A stretch of DNA of 32,269 nt from Trichinella spiralis (taxonomy: Eukaryota), in contig NW_003526945.1 of assembly GCF_000181795.1 (NCBI RefSeq), forward strand, positions 3,700,847 through 3,733,115, read 5' to 3'. Below, piece by piece: positions 1 to 12,885 of this stretch. Numbering within the stretch: position 1 is the first letter of the stretch; every line of letters starts with the position of its first letter. The position numbers were made by a program, and so were the translations under genes. The notes beneath the pieces are model-generated. The model was not told the DNA's origin, searched no databases, and saw nothing but the letters and a program-made list of their open reading frames with translations.

Positions 1-823
1 TTTTTTTTTTACTTTTAACAGGTAAGATTTGCTCGATTGTGTTTACTAGAATTTCAGCGAATTTTTCTTCTATTGGTGTTTGGTTATTTACTTTTGTTGA
101 TCTTCAAAATTTGCGTTCTTTCAATTTCGTCAACTTTACAAATTGCGGCAGCAGCCAAGCGGACAGAGACAAATTAGCCAAATTTCGACGATACAATTTT
201 CATCATTTTTGATAGCTTCGTAAAATATTTACGATGCTTAGCAGCAGCAGCAGGTGTTTTGAAACATTCCACTTTTTTTTAAAATTTCCTTGTCAAACAG
301 ACGCAGGGAAATTGATAATCCGCTTCGTATTTTGAAATGAATATTTCAGTGATAGGAGGGGGGGGGAAAGGTTTGAAAAACTATTAAAATTTCTCTTTAT
401 TTTTTCATTATAAAGAGCAGAAATAAAAATTGTGGAATTAATTGAGAAAAAAATGAAACCAAATGCACTTGAAATACGATCATTAAGTGAGAAAAACATT
501 GATTATTTTTTTTGAAAAGTCGATAAAAATTAATTGAAGAAGTAAATGTTTACCAATTTTCAGAAAGCACGACCTATTTGTGATAGCAGAAGGAGAAGCG
601 GAAAAGCAGTGAAATTGTTTTCATCACTGTGTTCGCATTTCCCATAAATCTCAATCTGTCAACGTTTCAATAATTCTTTCTTAATGACATAATTTTTATT
701 TATATAAAATGAATGATATGTTTACTGTTCTTATCAAAAACTAGACATCGGAAAATAGAAAGAAACAATTATAACAATATTGTACTTGAAAATCAATACT
801 ACAGTACTAATTATAGCTTTCAA

Positions 824-1528
824 ATGGATGATGATTTCAAATCCGTCAAAATTAGTACCGGCCACAGTTTAGACGAATATTCCGTGCCGGATCGTTTCAA
901 ACCATTTTTAGACCGTGTTCTGATCCCATTCAACCTGATCGATGAGCGCATCAGCGCCTTAGCTGACATGCTGCATCAAAAATATCTCGACGAAGATTTG
1001 GTTCTTGTCTGCGTGCTGAAAGGAGCTTTCCGCTTTTTCAGCTCACTTTATGACAAGCTTGTACGGATTCGCAACAACTGCACTGGAAATTTGTACTATG
1101 ACTTTGTACGTCTGCAAAGTTATGTGGATACGAAATCGACAGGCGTTGTGCAAGTAATTGTTCATCATCAATCAATTTGGTTATTATCATCAGTAGATGA
1201 ACATTAATTTTAGGTGTGTATGTTTAAGCCATCGTTTCGCCGGAAGCATATTGTCATTGTGGAAGATATTGTTGAATCTGGTAAAACATTAGAAAAGTTG
1301 AACTCGTTAGTTGAAAGCTATGAACCGCTGTCGGTGCGGTACGTGACATTGTTAACAAAGCGAATGCCGGAGAGGCGATGTTTAGAGCCAGATTTTGCTT
1401 GCTTTGAAATTCCCGATTTGTTTATAGTTGGTTTTGGATTTGACTATAACGAGATCTTTCGAGAGATGGATCATATCTGCGTCATCAGGGAGTCTGCAAT
1501 GACTTCCATCTCTTCTTCTACGCACTGA
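824..1528 (+). CDS. HPRT: Hypoxanthine-guanine phosphoribosyltransferase, 2 exons (824-1153, 1214-1528), about 214 aa
   Basis: Motifs VCVLKGA, DFVRLQSY, IVIVEDIVESGKT, LLTKR and FEIPDLFIVGFGFDYNEIFR follow the HPRT family order. A 60-nt GT..AG phase-0 intron (1154-1213) joins ORFs 713..1207 and 1214..1528. An acceptor-like TTATAG lies just upstream of ATG 824. Confidence 0.95.
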
Positions 1529-3847
1529 ATTTTCAAAGTTCATCATCATCCACTGCATACTGCCTGCCTGCTTGTTCCAATGTGTTGAAATTGTATTCGC
1601 TCAACGCGTGCTTACTTGCGTATGATTATAAATAGCAACAATCATTTATATTATTATTATTATTTATTAATTCAAACGAGATATTTCTTTTTTTTCTTCA
1701 TTTCTGTAATCATTTTTCATTTTTATCCATTGTATGTAGTAAAAGAAATGAAAATATTTTCATTTCTTATTAAATAATAACCTCATCTCGGTGGATTAGA
1801 TTAGTAATACTCCTCTGTTTAATAATTGTTTTTTTGTATGTTTATTTAAACCAACTGTACAAACGATGAGTATTATTATCAGCAAGATAGATTTCACTCA
1901 ACAAGTGGTGCAGAAGGAAATGCCAGGGTAGAAATTTCTCTTCGCTTAAACACCAATGGCAAAAAATGTTGAAATAAGTTGATTAGCACAAACTGGAAGG
2001 CTTTGTGCTGCTGCTTACCCATTTGAACTGGTTTCATTGAAAATTGATGTACAGATTTTTTGAACATTTTTCTACTTATCAACTTCAACTCGAATGAATA
2101 AGGTTGATTTGATCTGGCGATTGTTGTACAATTTGTTGTTGTGAAATTGAATTTGTGCAAAATTTGCAACTGTTTATTCCAATATTTAGTTCAATGAATC
2201 TTTTTTTGGAATAAATAACAGAAAGGAAAAATGAAAAAAAATTTCACCGTTGAATGCTTGATAAAAGTTAATTTTTTGGCAACAGTATCCGATGGGCATC
2301 GTTGAAATCAGATTAAAGTATATATAATGCTCTTGTCGAGTGGATAGAGACGTTGTTATTGTTTGCTTAAATTCCAACTGGCGTTAATTGTAATTCAATA
2401 CGTTGTCTGTTTTAAGTGGAAGGAGAATCGGTTTTCCAACGGCGTGCTGTGCAAATTGCTCAACTGGTATAAACAATTTCTACAAAATTGACGGAATTTA
2501 AGTGAATTTTATTATGCAAATCATAATTATGCTCTTCTGTTTGCAAATCATTATTTCTCGTTTATTCTTCTTTATTGAAGTGGATGTAAAATTTTTTGCA
2601 ATTACATAAATTAATTATTAATAAAATTTTAGTTGGAACATTTGAAAAAGAAAACAATGGCAAATTGATGACTTTTCGTTTTCTATTTTTCATTTCACTG
2701 TTTAATTTGAATATTAGGCTCGTTGGAAAAGTTATACGTATGAATCGATTACCGCAGAAAGTGCATCTATTTTCCACGATGTCAAATTACAAGTAATATA
2801 GAGGGGTGCTAAGATGTTTCTGTTTAAATGATTTCTTCTTTTCAGCTCAAGTGATTCGTTGTATTATACAGTATGTGTTCAGCTTGTGTCGACCGTTCGA
2901 CGTAGCGCCTTTTTCGTTTTATTCAATTTTCCACGTGGTCCCATAAATTGTCTCATCTATTTGCATAAGGTAACGCATCAACATTTGCATAAAAGGTTTG
3001 CTTGATTTTTGCTTTTTCACTTGCAATTATAATTGAACGAAACTGAGCCAGTTTAATTCAAATTTCAGCTTAAGAAAGGGAAGAAATTTATTTTTTGAAA
3101 TATTTATAACTTTTTTTTTAATTGAAATATCGAGAAAATGTGATGAAATAACAAGTCAAATAAATGATAATAATGAAGGTCAGTTTTCAGGTTTGTTCAG
3201 CATCTGATGAAAAAGAGATGTAAAAATGGCTTGGCATTGAAAAATCTAGGCAAACTTCTCCGTCCAAGCTGATCGATTGTCAAGTGTGATCACAAGATGT
3301 TGTCGCTTGGCAGAGCATCACACCATCATCTGCATGGAATTTTTGGTTAAAATGAATTTGGACAAACTGACTTATTGATTTTCTTCCACGCCCACCAGGC
3401 CGGGTTCAAGTTTTCAGTCCATGAATGATCTAAATTATGAGACGATCGTGTTGACAAATTGCTGTTCCGGCTAATTACAAGCAAGCATGTCACCAGTTAT
3501 AAGGACTGATTGATTTATAAACGACAATATCCTCGTGTCATGATTCAGCTTACTAGCTTATGGTTGGCACACAATTGCACATAGTCGATCTCATTTCGTC
3601 ACACATATTATTTCTTCTCCATCATGCTCACATCTCACAAACGGCGATCACAAAAATTGCTTAATTCTATTTTCATTTGCAAAAGTGAATTATTGTTTTC
3701 AAATGAATTTTCATTGTTTTCTAGAATTGCGGATATCCAATATTGTTGTAATCATCACCAGCAGCGATTTGTATTGTTGAAAGAAAATTTGCAAAAAAAC
3801 TACAGAATAGAAAAAAAAGAACAAGAAAGGATCACCATATCAGCTGC

Positions 3848-6800
3848 ATGAATGGAATATTGATTTACAGTTTGCTTGTTCTACTGTGCTCTGCAAGAGG
3901 TAAATGCATTGTTTTCATATTAGTTCGGCAAAAATGTGCACACACATCCACACAGTGCTTGTATTAAATTTAAAAAATGAAAGAAATATTTATTTCCTGC
4001 CAGCTCTTATTTTTCACAGTCACTTTCTACTGGATGTAATATTCAAATTATGAAATATTGTAATGTATAGCAGAAGTTTCCGTATTTAATTAAAAATATA
4101 TATTCAATTTTACCAAATCCCAGTGAAATGTTGTCTTCAATTGCTTCACCATAATTAGCACTGTTCACAGAGATAAGCTTGTATTGTTTCCACGATTCGA
4201 TGTATTGTCGCCTTTTGCTTGATAATCTTAATAATTTTTTTTCTCCTTCTTATTGATTTTCTAATAATAAGCTTTCTTTGTAAAACTTGATTAATTTTTA
4301 GTAAATTCAAATTCATGTAGATTATTATTTGAAATTAAAATTAAAAATGGCTAGACATTTCTTTAGATTATATATTAATTGGCTATGCAGAATAAAAAAT
4401 AGACTGTTTCTTCAAATGAGTTCCAACTTTCAAAATACAGTTGAAATTTTCACTTCAAATCTTTTCTCTTTTCAAATAAACATACAAGCATATTACAAAT
4501 AAAGCATGAAATTTTTGGTAAAAAACTTTCATAAAATGCAAAATAAATTGAATTATTTATTCTTTTTTGTTTTGGTAAGTTCCAATGATTGGTTGTCCTT
4601 TTCTATTGTGCAACAGTAGTGGAGAGGTGCAAATTGTTTTTTTTTAATTTTATAATTTTCTCGAAAAATTACCATTTGATTGTTTTTTATAAACGTATTA
4701 TTTTTTCAATCACTGCTGAATGAATGAATGAATTTGAAAAAGCCCAATTGCAATCAAACGCAAACGCTAATCGCGAACGCGCTGAATGAACGAGATGAAA
4801 CAGCACTGTGTATAATGTTAAGTAGAGGGGATTTGATTGAATAGACGCAAAAATTGGCATCTCAATTCATCTCAGGAAAATCTCAACTGGTAATGCATAA
4901 AATAAATCGATCTTCTCTTTATGCTCGGACTTGAATTTCTTCTCAGCTCGGAAAAGTGCATTCAAGTTTAGAAATCATGGGTGATGCTATGGTTAGTTCA
5001 ATCCTCTCTTTGCCAGCTATTCTCTGTCAACTGTTCGATGGTAATTCAAATGCATATTATAAAGACAAATATTTTGTTTTTTTTTGTAAAAAATGGATAA
5101 AAAATTGTTTAATTAATCAATCAATCACTGTTGCAGCGTGCGCTAGATTGCAAGCACCACATTTCGGCACCCCGATGAAGGATGTGATGGCTCGGAAAAA
5201 TGATAACGTTTCGTTCACATGCCAAGTTCGCAACATCGGACGGCATCTGGTAAATCAGTAATCTGCAACATTTTTTTCATTCATCATTTTATTTTGTTTA
5301 ATATTAAAAAATTAATTTCCAAAAAATAATCAATTGCAACAAACAAACAAAGGTTGCCTTCGTTCGCACTGATCCGACAGTGTTGATTACTTGGCAGCAG
5401 CGAGTGTTTTTTGGAAATCAACAAAAATATAGTCTGGAGCAAGCCGATGAACATTGGATCTTGCACATCAACAATGTTCAGATGTCCGACGAAGGAATAT
5501 ACATGTGTCAAGTGAATACAAATCCAATGATTGCTCAGATTGCATCACTGACTTTGGAAAGTAAGCAAGTTTATTATTAATATAATCAAATTTGCAAAAT
5601 TTTATATACAGGATAATATTTCATCATAAATTTGGGTGAAATGATTTTTTTGAAATTTCTGTTGGTTATATCTGCTCATTTCAGATTTTTGAAAAACAAA
5701 ATTTCCAAATTGCACAAATATATATATTTAAGTCATATCAATGGGGTTATTGTTTTATATATATAGCAAACGTCTTTGCAAACGTTGCTAAGCAATAGTT
5801 TAATTATATTTAAAATCATCTATTTCATTTGAATTTTCTGTTCAATTTATAGTAGTAGTGGATTTTATAAAAATTAATTCCAAATTCACAAATCAAATAT
5901 ACTCTCTTAGAATACTGTGATCTTATGATTAGATGTGAAAATTTTTCTAATTGCACTTTCTGCTTTTGTTATTTGAAAATTTAATAGAAAATATTTATTT
6001 TAATGAAATGTAATTATTATTAGAAAGAATTGATGACATGATTCGAGTGAAATTACTTAATTTCACATTCCATTTTCTTAAATTAATAATATAATATGAA
6101 TTCTATTAAAACAGTATTCAGTTTGAACATTGAAAAAAATTGTTTTTTTGTAAAACAATTTGCCAGCTTTATAGGCAGCTTTGGAAAACTGAAGAACAAG
6201 TTATTCAATTTGATTGAAATTTATTATAATTATAAAAATTTTTCATGTTCAATAAATTTCCCTTGCACCAGTTGCAAACAGAAAGACAATGGTGTAGTAC
6301 TTAGCGTTCGCTGTTGAGATCACCATTGTATGTGTTGTTTGTCTCTAAAAAGAAAATTGATCTATCTACACAAAGGGTCGATAGAAAATGTGAAAGCTTT
6401 ATGTGCACGGTCAATCACAATAAGATAGATAAATAGATGTTGTTAATTAATCTATGCATTATTTGTATTAATAAAAAACAAACAAACAAACAAACAAACA
6501 AATAAATGAAGACAATACATTCGAACAGTGATGGTGATATATGGATTTGGTGAAAATTATGCCGCATAATTTTGTTTTGCATTCAGAGCCGCCAAAAATA
6601 AATAAGAACAAAACAACACATGATCTTATTGTGAAAGAAGGATCCAACGTGTCGTTCGCATGCGCAGCAGATGGAAATCCGAAGCCAGATTTAAGCTGGA
6701 GAAAGAGAAACGGACCCGTCATTCAGACCAACGAACCGGAAGGTTTTGGAGGCATGGTTGCAATTTGTTATTTTTAATTTTTCATGACAACTTAATAATA

Positions 6801-7720
6801 GTAATGCAATTTTACAATAATTTCAGAAAGCATCATTTATAAAGAGAATTTTACAATTTTCAACGTGCACCGTTCGCACATGGGTGAATACATTTGCTTG
6901 GCAAGCAACGGCATCCCACCGGATGAATCGTGGACGCTGAAATTGCACGTACATTGTAACAATGCGAGATGTTTTAGTTTTTCAGCCACAAAAAATGACT
7001 ATTTATTCAATTTAATGATGTTTTAGTTGCGCCGGATATTATTTCTGCCCCGTCAGTAAAAGCGAAGAAAACAGCAACTGCCCGATTGTCCTGCTTTGTC
7101 GAGGCGTGGCCAAAGCCGACATTCATGTGGAAATTTGAAAATCAGTTTATTCTAGCTGAAAATTACAAATATCACGTGGTGAATATGATTTCTTTTTTTT
7201 ATTTCAATTTTTCAAAATTATAGACAACAAATAAAAATGATGTTTGTTTGTTTTTTTTAAATATTTTAAGGAAACTTTGAGCAATTTTTCATTTCCATTT
7301 CAATATCAAGCAATTTTGAGTGTTAATTTTCTCGAAAAAGCCGACTTTGGCGTTTATCGGTGCGAAGCATTCAACGAACACGGCAAAAGGACCGCTGCAA
7401 TTTTGCTCGAGGGTCGGCGAGAGAATGGAGTTCAGTTTGTTGTTGAAATTTGCATTTTACAAGTATTCATTTCAGAAATATCACTCGTCTATTCGGCAAT
7501 TTCACACGAACCCGATGTGAGAGTTGTGCAGGAGCTGCGCGTAGAACAGAAGAACACTGACAGCAAAGAAAATGAATCCGTTGAAACGGAAAATGGAATT
7601 TCACTCAAAAATGATCATCGAAACGGTGGTTGTGCAAATTTGCATTCATCACTGGTTTATTGTTATTTAATCGTATTACTCCTAGCTAATGAGGTGAGCA
7701 ATAATAATTGTCTGTTTTAA
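3848..7720 (+). CDS. Three-Ig-domain, probably GPI-anchored cell-adhesion protein (lachesin/DIP/IgLON/RIG-5-like). First exon 3848-3899 or 4977-5040, then 5137-5249, 5353-5560, 6587-6742, 6827-6955, 7027-7178, 7271-7412, 7476-7720
   Basis: Ig1: FTCQVRNIG..WILHINNVQMSDEGIYMCQVNTNPM. Ig2: SFACAADGNPKPDLSW..HRSHMGEYICLASNGIPP. Ig3: LSCFVEAWPKP..ADFGVYRCEAFN. N-terminal hydrophobic signal-like exons and a C-terminal small-residue/hydrophobic tail (NGGCANLHSSLVYCYLIVLLL). Splice phases are consistent; the donor at 6743 is the least certain. Confidence 0.88.
6478..6501 (+). repeat. (ACAA)n microsatellite in an Ig-gene intron
   Basis: ACAAACAAACAAACAAACAAACAA. Confidence 0.9.
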
Positions 7721-8367
7721 CAAATTATCTGAAGCGATTCGAAAGAAAACGCCATCAACGTATGCAAATTGTCTAATTTTATGCTTTGCTGTTTCAACTA
7801 TCAAAAAGAGAACAGAATAGAAATTTTTTAAGTGTAAAAAATCATTATATATATATATTATCCATGTGGCATATAATTAACACTGTAGCTAACAATTTTG
7901 ATTTTGACTGAAGAACATGACGAAAAAGAGCAAAAATTGTTTGCAAAATATTTTCTTGATGCTCTTTCTTCATTCTGATTCAGAAGTAAATAAATAAATA
8001 AATGAATATATATATATATATTGTGGGCTTTTCGAATAAAGTTAACATTTGTTTTTTTTCATAATTTTAGTGATTTACTTGAACAACTATTTTGCAGAAA
8101 AATTGCATCGAATAAAATTAGAAACAATCCAAGCAAAAAAGAGCTCAATATTTCAAGAAGTTTTGCGCAATCAATCAGTGACAGAGGTAACGCAAGTAAG
8201 GTATTCTAAAAAAACAAAAACAAGGATCATTTTCTTGAAGAAGTAAAATTTTCAGAGTTTGTTAAAATTACACAGCAAGGTAGACTTTGTTTTTTACATA
8301 TAGCTCAAAATGGTGGTCATAGGATTCTGTGAATAGGAGGATTCTTTGACCAAATGGTATCCTTTTT

Positions 8368-11300
8368 TTATTGGGTAGGACGATAATGGAACGGATGTTC
8401 TGAGGAAACCATTGGCAAATCTGGTGAATGGAGATTCAGCTGAACTTGATATCGCTTTCCGGCAATTTCAATTTCATAAACTGCATACTTGTCCAGTACG
8501 TAATCTGCAGCTTCGTCAGCCGTTCTCATGCCATTGATATTGATATAACCCAACGATACCTGAACGAACGACGAAGAGAAGCATTTTCCACTGCTTTGCA
8601 CGCACCGCACAACAAGCAAATATATACTTACTTGACAACCAATTGTAAACGCATATGCGGTACTTGTTGTAAAGCCGCAAAAGTCACCGTTGCGATAAAT
8701 CGGTTCGTTGCCAAATGGCCAAGGATCACGTCGCATGTCGTGCCCAAGAAACAACAGTTGAACAAACAAGCGCCTAGGGCACATTTGCATTTCTTCCAAC
8801 AAAGCGTCCTTGCCGATGAAGTCTTTGTTGAAATCGACCCGGAAACTGCGGCCACACTCGTTCGGTGTCGTCATCCAGTCGATGTCCACACCCCAGCGTA
8901 CATAGAATTTTTCAATTCGCAAAGAATTGAACGCATAATTACCTGCCAACTGCACATCGTAACTCTGGCCACAGGTTCTCAGTTGTTCAAATATGTATTG
9001 TGCAAACTGAAAAGATTCATTTGATCAAATCCAATCAACAACAACAACAACAACAACAGTTACAAGCAAATACGAAAATATTGCCCTTCTGAAATGTGCA
9101 ATTTGAAATAAATTTCAAAAATTGTGCAATTCGGGTTGAAAAGAGAAAACTCACTTCATTCGGACAGTGAAGTGTCCATCCCAATTCACCGCAATGGGTC
9201 ACTGACACTGCTCTAATCCCGCTTACACATCCAATGTTGATCTTCTGAAACAATAAAAACAGATCCATCAATGTGATCTGTGCATTGGAATAAATAACCG
9301 ATCGTCTAACTCTGCAACTGAAACTGGCGAAGCTTGACAATGGTTCATCGGTCAACTCTTGCATAAGCATTCTTGATGCTGGTCCCAGAATGCAAAGCGT
9401 CGTGTATTTCGAAGTCACATCGTGTATACTTGTTTGGTCTTCAGCAGTCAGATGACGCTGCATCCATATTCTAAGCCTTGTCTGTTGATCCGGTGCGGCG
9501 GTCATGAAAAATCTACAATATACACTGATCACATAGAGTAGAACTGTTACAACTGCCAAATCAACTGATCCAATTACTCATATTGACCAAAGCGGTTCAG
9601 TGTACAGTCGGCAACATAGCCGCCCTTGTAATTCTGTATGCCAGTAAAGATTGCCGAACCAATCGGCTGGTCAACATTTGCCGAGCACATCTTCTGCAAG
9701 AAATATATGACACCATAATCTTGGCCCTGAAAAAGAATTCAACACTTCATACGAACTATCTCCACCCAATCAAACAAAGGTAAACGTACTTTAACTTCAA
9801 ATTTAGATAAATATGACATTTCCATTATAGCCACTTTTTCACGACAAGCACGATATTCGACGGCCACGTGATCAAACCATTCAGGCTTACCGAGAGGAAA
9901 ACTTTCACCACACTTCATCCACGGCACATCTGCATCAATACAAAATGCACTACAGTACGTGGAAAACGTACCGGCGTCTCATCTCACCTCCTTTTGAAAA
10001 GTATAACACTTGTTCAAAGCCCATCACCTCGCCAAAAACCCCACCGGCTTCTTTCAGTTCTTCATGCAGAGGCGACAATCGCAATCGACGTACTGAAGAC
10101 CATTCATAAAGCGGGTTGAAATTGCTGAACACGGACCCTGCATGAGAGGTACGTGAATGGAATAAAAAGACATTATTGAAATATCCTATAATCATTCCGT
10201 TGCATACCAGCAACCTCTGTCGCCCTCTGAAAAATGTAATGCTTGTTACAGTGCAACAGTATAAATCGACCGACATCAAATTTGTCAACGTCCAATTCCG
10301 GCTCAATACCACAAATACGTTGGGCCAAAACTTTAGATAGACCAGGTGCCATTGTTGTCACCAGACCATTCATACCCGTCAAGCAGTAATAATTTGGTAC
10401 CTAAAGCAAAATGACAAAAACAAAAAAAATCCAATGTGTTCTGAAAATACTTACGCTTGGTAGCGCGCCAACCACGGGCAAACCATCTGGTGTAAAAGCT
10501 TCACCAATAACAAACTGTCTAGCTACTGGCAAATTCAGGAGAGCTGGAAAGCGTTTTGCTAACTTTTCCAGTACGTGTACTGTAATAACGAAAAAAAATT
10601 ATCAAAATAAAACCTGCTGTGAAGAAAAAGCAAAGTCTCAAACCGAAAAAGTCCCACTGTTCTGGTAACTGGGAACCTTCAGCGCCGTACAGCAGCAGAC
10701 TATCTTCATTGTCCAACTTGAAGGCATGCTTATCAAAGCCACCACAAATCAAATATCTACCACTGTGCGAAACGTAAACATTCAAATCAACATCATGCAC
10801 AACTGAAACGATTTACACATCATTCAATTAAATTTTTTTTGCTTTTTAATTTTTCACATTCTATTCAAAAAACTGTATTGTCGATCAAAGGTAAAAATTA
10901 CTTACCCGTAGATGGAAAAGTGTATATGCCTTCTGCTTCCAGAACGACAGAATTGTAAAATAGTGGATGCAATGGAAACTGCTTGATAGCTGGGTCAACA
11001 TCATGGCCGAAGAAACCGCCCGAAAACTAAAATAAAGTGCACAAACTTTAGCTTCACCAAAAACACTGACCAACTATAGTCACTGACCGCACCAGCAGCA
11101 TCGACGAATGCATCACATTCGACGAAACCATAATCCGTTTCCGCCCCAACAACTCGACATTGATTGTCCATCTTCACAAAACGCACTGCACAATTTTCTA
11201 CAATATCCACACCTAAAAATAATACATATGAATACAAATACACACACACACACACACATATACATATACCGCATACCTGTTCGATTTATCATCGAAGCTA

Positions 11301-12885
11301 AAACATGAGCCGATGCATATTGATTAACTCGTACATCATCAAGCAGCAAAGCAGCCTTAAAAATTCAAATTAAAACAAAACAAATAACTTCACTTTCAAT
11401 ATTTATTGCTTTAGTTTCGCCTATTTGACATTCTTTGTCCAACTTTTTCAATTCTTCCGGAGAAAGAAAACGTCCATTGAAATTGGATGCTCTAAAAGAT
11501 TCACTTGCAATCATAACATTAAAATAAACTGACATAACCCATTAACTTAGCTATAGAAAGAATACGTTTGAGCTGCAACGTTGTTGCTTCTGTGCTTGCT
11601 ACTAGCATTCTTGACCATTCACTATAGCCTATTGAAAATAAACAAACAAATAAACAGTAATTTAATTGAGCAACTTGCAAACTGAAAATCACTTTCACCT
11701 GCAATATCCTGCTGTTTGGATAAATAATTGTAAAAGTCATCGGCAAAATGAACCAAGTCCAACATTCCGTGAGATCGCCAAGTTTGATTAGCTAGCAAAA
11801 GTCCGCTGCTAAGCATTGTTGCACATTTCGATAATCTATTTCACATTTTGGTACAATTAATTATTACAATTACTTTTAATGTTAATAAATACTGTTCACA
11901 ATAACCTGCATCGAAATTATAAAACGTTTCAAAAAAATGTTGCATGCTTTAATGTAATGAATAATTTTTATCCTGAAAATCAAAAACTGAAATACCAAAG
12001 CTCATTTTACAATCATTTAAGCATTTTAAATACTTATTTTATATAATTCTTCAAATTTAAACATTATTTTAATTAAGGAACACATAAGATAACCAAAAAA
12101 TTATAATGAAGAGAATATGAATAGAAGTATTTATTTGAACTTGATTATTCTGTTATTGTATTAATGTGCAAAGGCAGTCAAAATCAGTCAATGAAAGGAA
12201 AGAAGTATGATAGAGAAAAAATTATAAAATTTCATGTGTTAAATTTAATATAATGAATTAAAATAAAAAGTGATTATTATTTGAATATGTACCTTGAATG
12301 ATTTGTTATGGAAAATACCACTATATTTTGTGAAATTAAACGTGAAACTTTTAACAGTTATAGTGGAATTTTGCAATATGTTAAATCATCTGCTTCTTAT
12401 AATTTCTGTTTTGTTTATTACCCTATGCAAAACCTGTGCAATGCTTCCAATGCATTTTCAAAGCAGCAAATGAAATCAAGCACTTCTGCTGATGCTGTTT
12501 TAAAAATTCCATTAAAAGTCATTTGAATAAGATTTATCAGTTATTTTTCAGTTAGAACGGAATCGTAAATATTCGAAAAAATCAAATATACTAACCTGTT
12601 CCTTTCCAATAATAAAATTTTATGCTTTCCAATCGCAGACAAATGATAGGCCAAGCACAAGCCGGACAAACCTCCACCACAAATCAACACATCTACTTTT
12701 TCGGGAAATTCAATCAAATCTTCATATTCATACGATCGAAATGGAAGATCGGACATAGATAGATTTAACTCATTTACTGACAAGCCAGATGTAAATTGAC
12801 GGAAGCATAGTCTCGGACTATATGCGTTCTTCACCATTAACATAAACTTTGAATTTGCAGCACGCAAATAATGCAAAGATAGCAT
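8368..12885 (-). CDS. PDPR: Pyruvate dehydrogenase phosphatase regulatory subunit, mitochondrial (DMGDH/SARDH-family FAD + GcvT-type fold), about 17 exons
   Basis: Basic presequence-like N-terminus; FAD motif VLICGGGLSG; EAFTPDG; GKPEWFDHVAVEYRACRE; THCGELGW; NSLRIEKF..TTPNECGR; DPWPFGNEPIYRNG..YEIEIAG. The covalent-flavin His motif of DMGDH/SARDH (TWH) is absent (CATMLSSG instead), which favours PDPR. Confidence 0.88.
9036..9058 (+). repeat. (CAA)n microsatellite in a PDPR intron
   Basis: CAACAACAACAACAACAACAACA. Confidence 0.9.
11240..11258 (+). repeat. (AC)n microsatellite in a PDPR intron
   Basis: ACACACACACACACACACA. Confidence 0.9.

Noticed and set aside
1..270. Possible terminal exon after TTTTAACAG at 21 (VRFARLC..TETN*) and short CAG repeats
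   Set aside because: No recognisable protein similarity and truncated by the window edge.
713..823. N-terminal 37 aa of ORF 713..1207 as part of HPRT
   Set aside because: AT-rich, intron-like sequence ending at a TTATAG acceptor; family similarity starts near Met 824.
1154..1213. HPRT as a split gene or pseudogene
   Set aside because: The break is a normal 60-nt GT-AG intron that restores one frame.
7413..7475. Stop-free in-frame introns (also 14853-14909) as regulated intron retention
   Set aside because: Expected by chance for short introns; the sequence alone gives no evidence of retention.
8428..9024. 198-aa plus-strand ORF as an overlapping gene
   Set aside because: Antisense shadow of PDPR exons with no domain signature.
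8368..12885. Annotation as active sarcosine or dimethylglycine dehydrogenase
   Set aside because: Lacks the covalent-FAD His motif, and the C-terminal motifs fit PDPR better.
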